64,000 nucleotides of DNA from Tilletiaria anomala UBC 951 (taxonomy: Eukaryota): positions 1 through 64,000 of the forward strand of contig NW_013547019.1 of NCBI RefSeq assembly GCF_000711695.1, written 5' to 3'. The position numbers were made by a program, and so were the translations under genes. The notes beneath the pieces are model-generated. The model did not search any database and was not told where the DNA came from. It worked only from the letters and a program-made list of their open reading frames with translations. Shown here piece after piece: positions 61,335 to 64,000 of this stretch (its first letter is position 1; the number at the start of each line of letters is the position of its first letter).

Positions 61335-64000
<2,666 letters not shown>

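Overview
Gene-dense eukaryotic DNA with short GT-AG spliceosomal introns and CTRAY branch points. It is most consistent with a basidiomycete fungus of the smut-related Ustilaginomycotina; this is inferred from gene content and intron style, and the species was not determined. About 22 protein genes can be reconstructed. Most are conserved housekeeping genes: BZZ1, TEN1-like, COY1, a BRD8-like bromodomain protein, a nucleoside hydrolase, an SRF/MCM1-type MADS box factor, CTK1, a NIPA Mg2+ transporter, ATP11, YIP1, MPC1, CGI121, a thymine-7-hydroxylase-like dioxygenase, an ALDH, RPC34, an ABCD/PXA2-like transporter and MTG2/Obg. Four are large low-complexity proteins of unknown function. I recognised no tRNA, rRNA, CRISPR array or intact transposon. 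Main points of interest: (1) a head-to-head T7H-like dioxygenase and ALDH pair, both with presequence-like N-terminal extensions; (2) an HMMR/RHAMM-like coiled-coil protein carrying both terminal motifs; (3) a decayed, bacterial-looking alpha/beta-hydrolase pseudogene; (4) a five-exon MPC1 gene largely invisible to the ORF track; (5) very large insertions in RPC34 and MTG2; (6) convergent genes with stop codons as little as 9 bp apart. Family assignments come from motif recognition by eye, not database searches.
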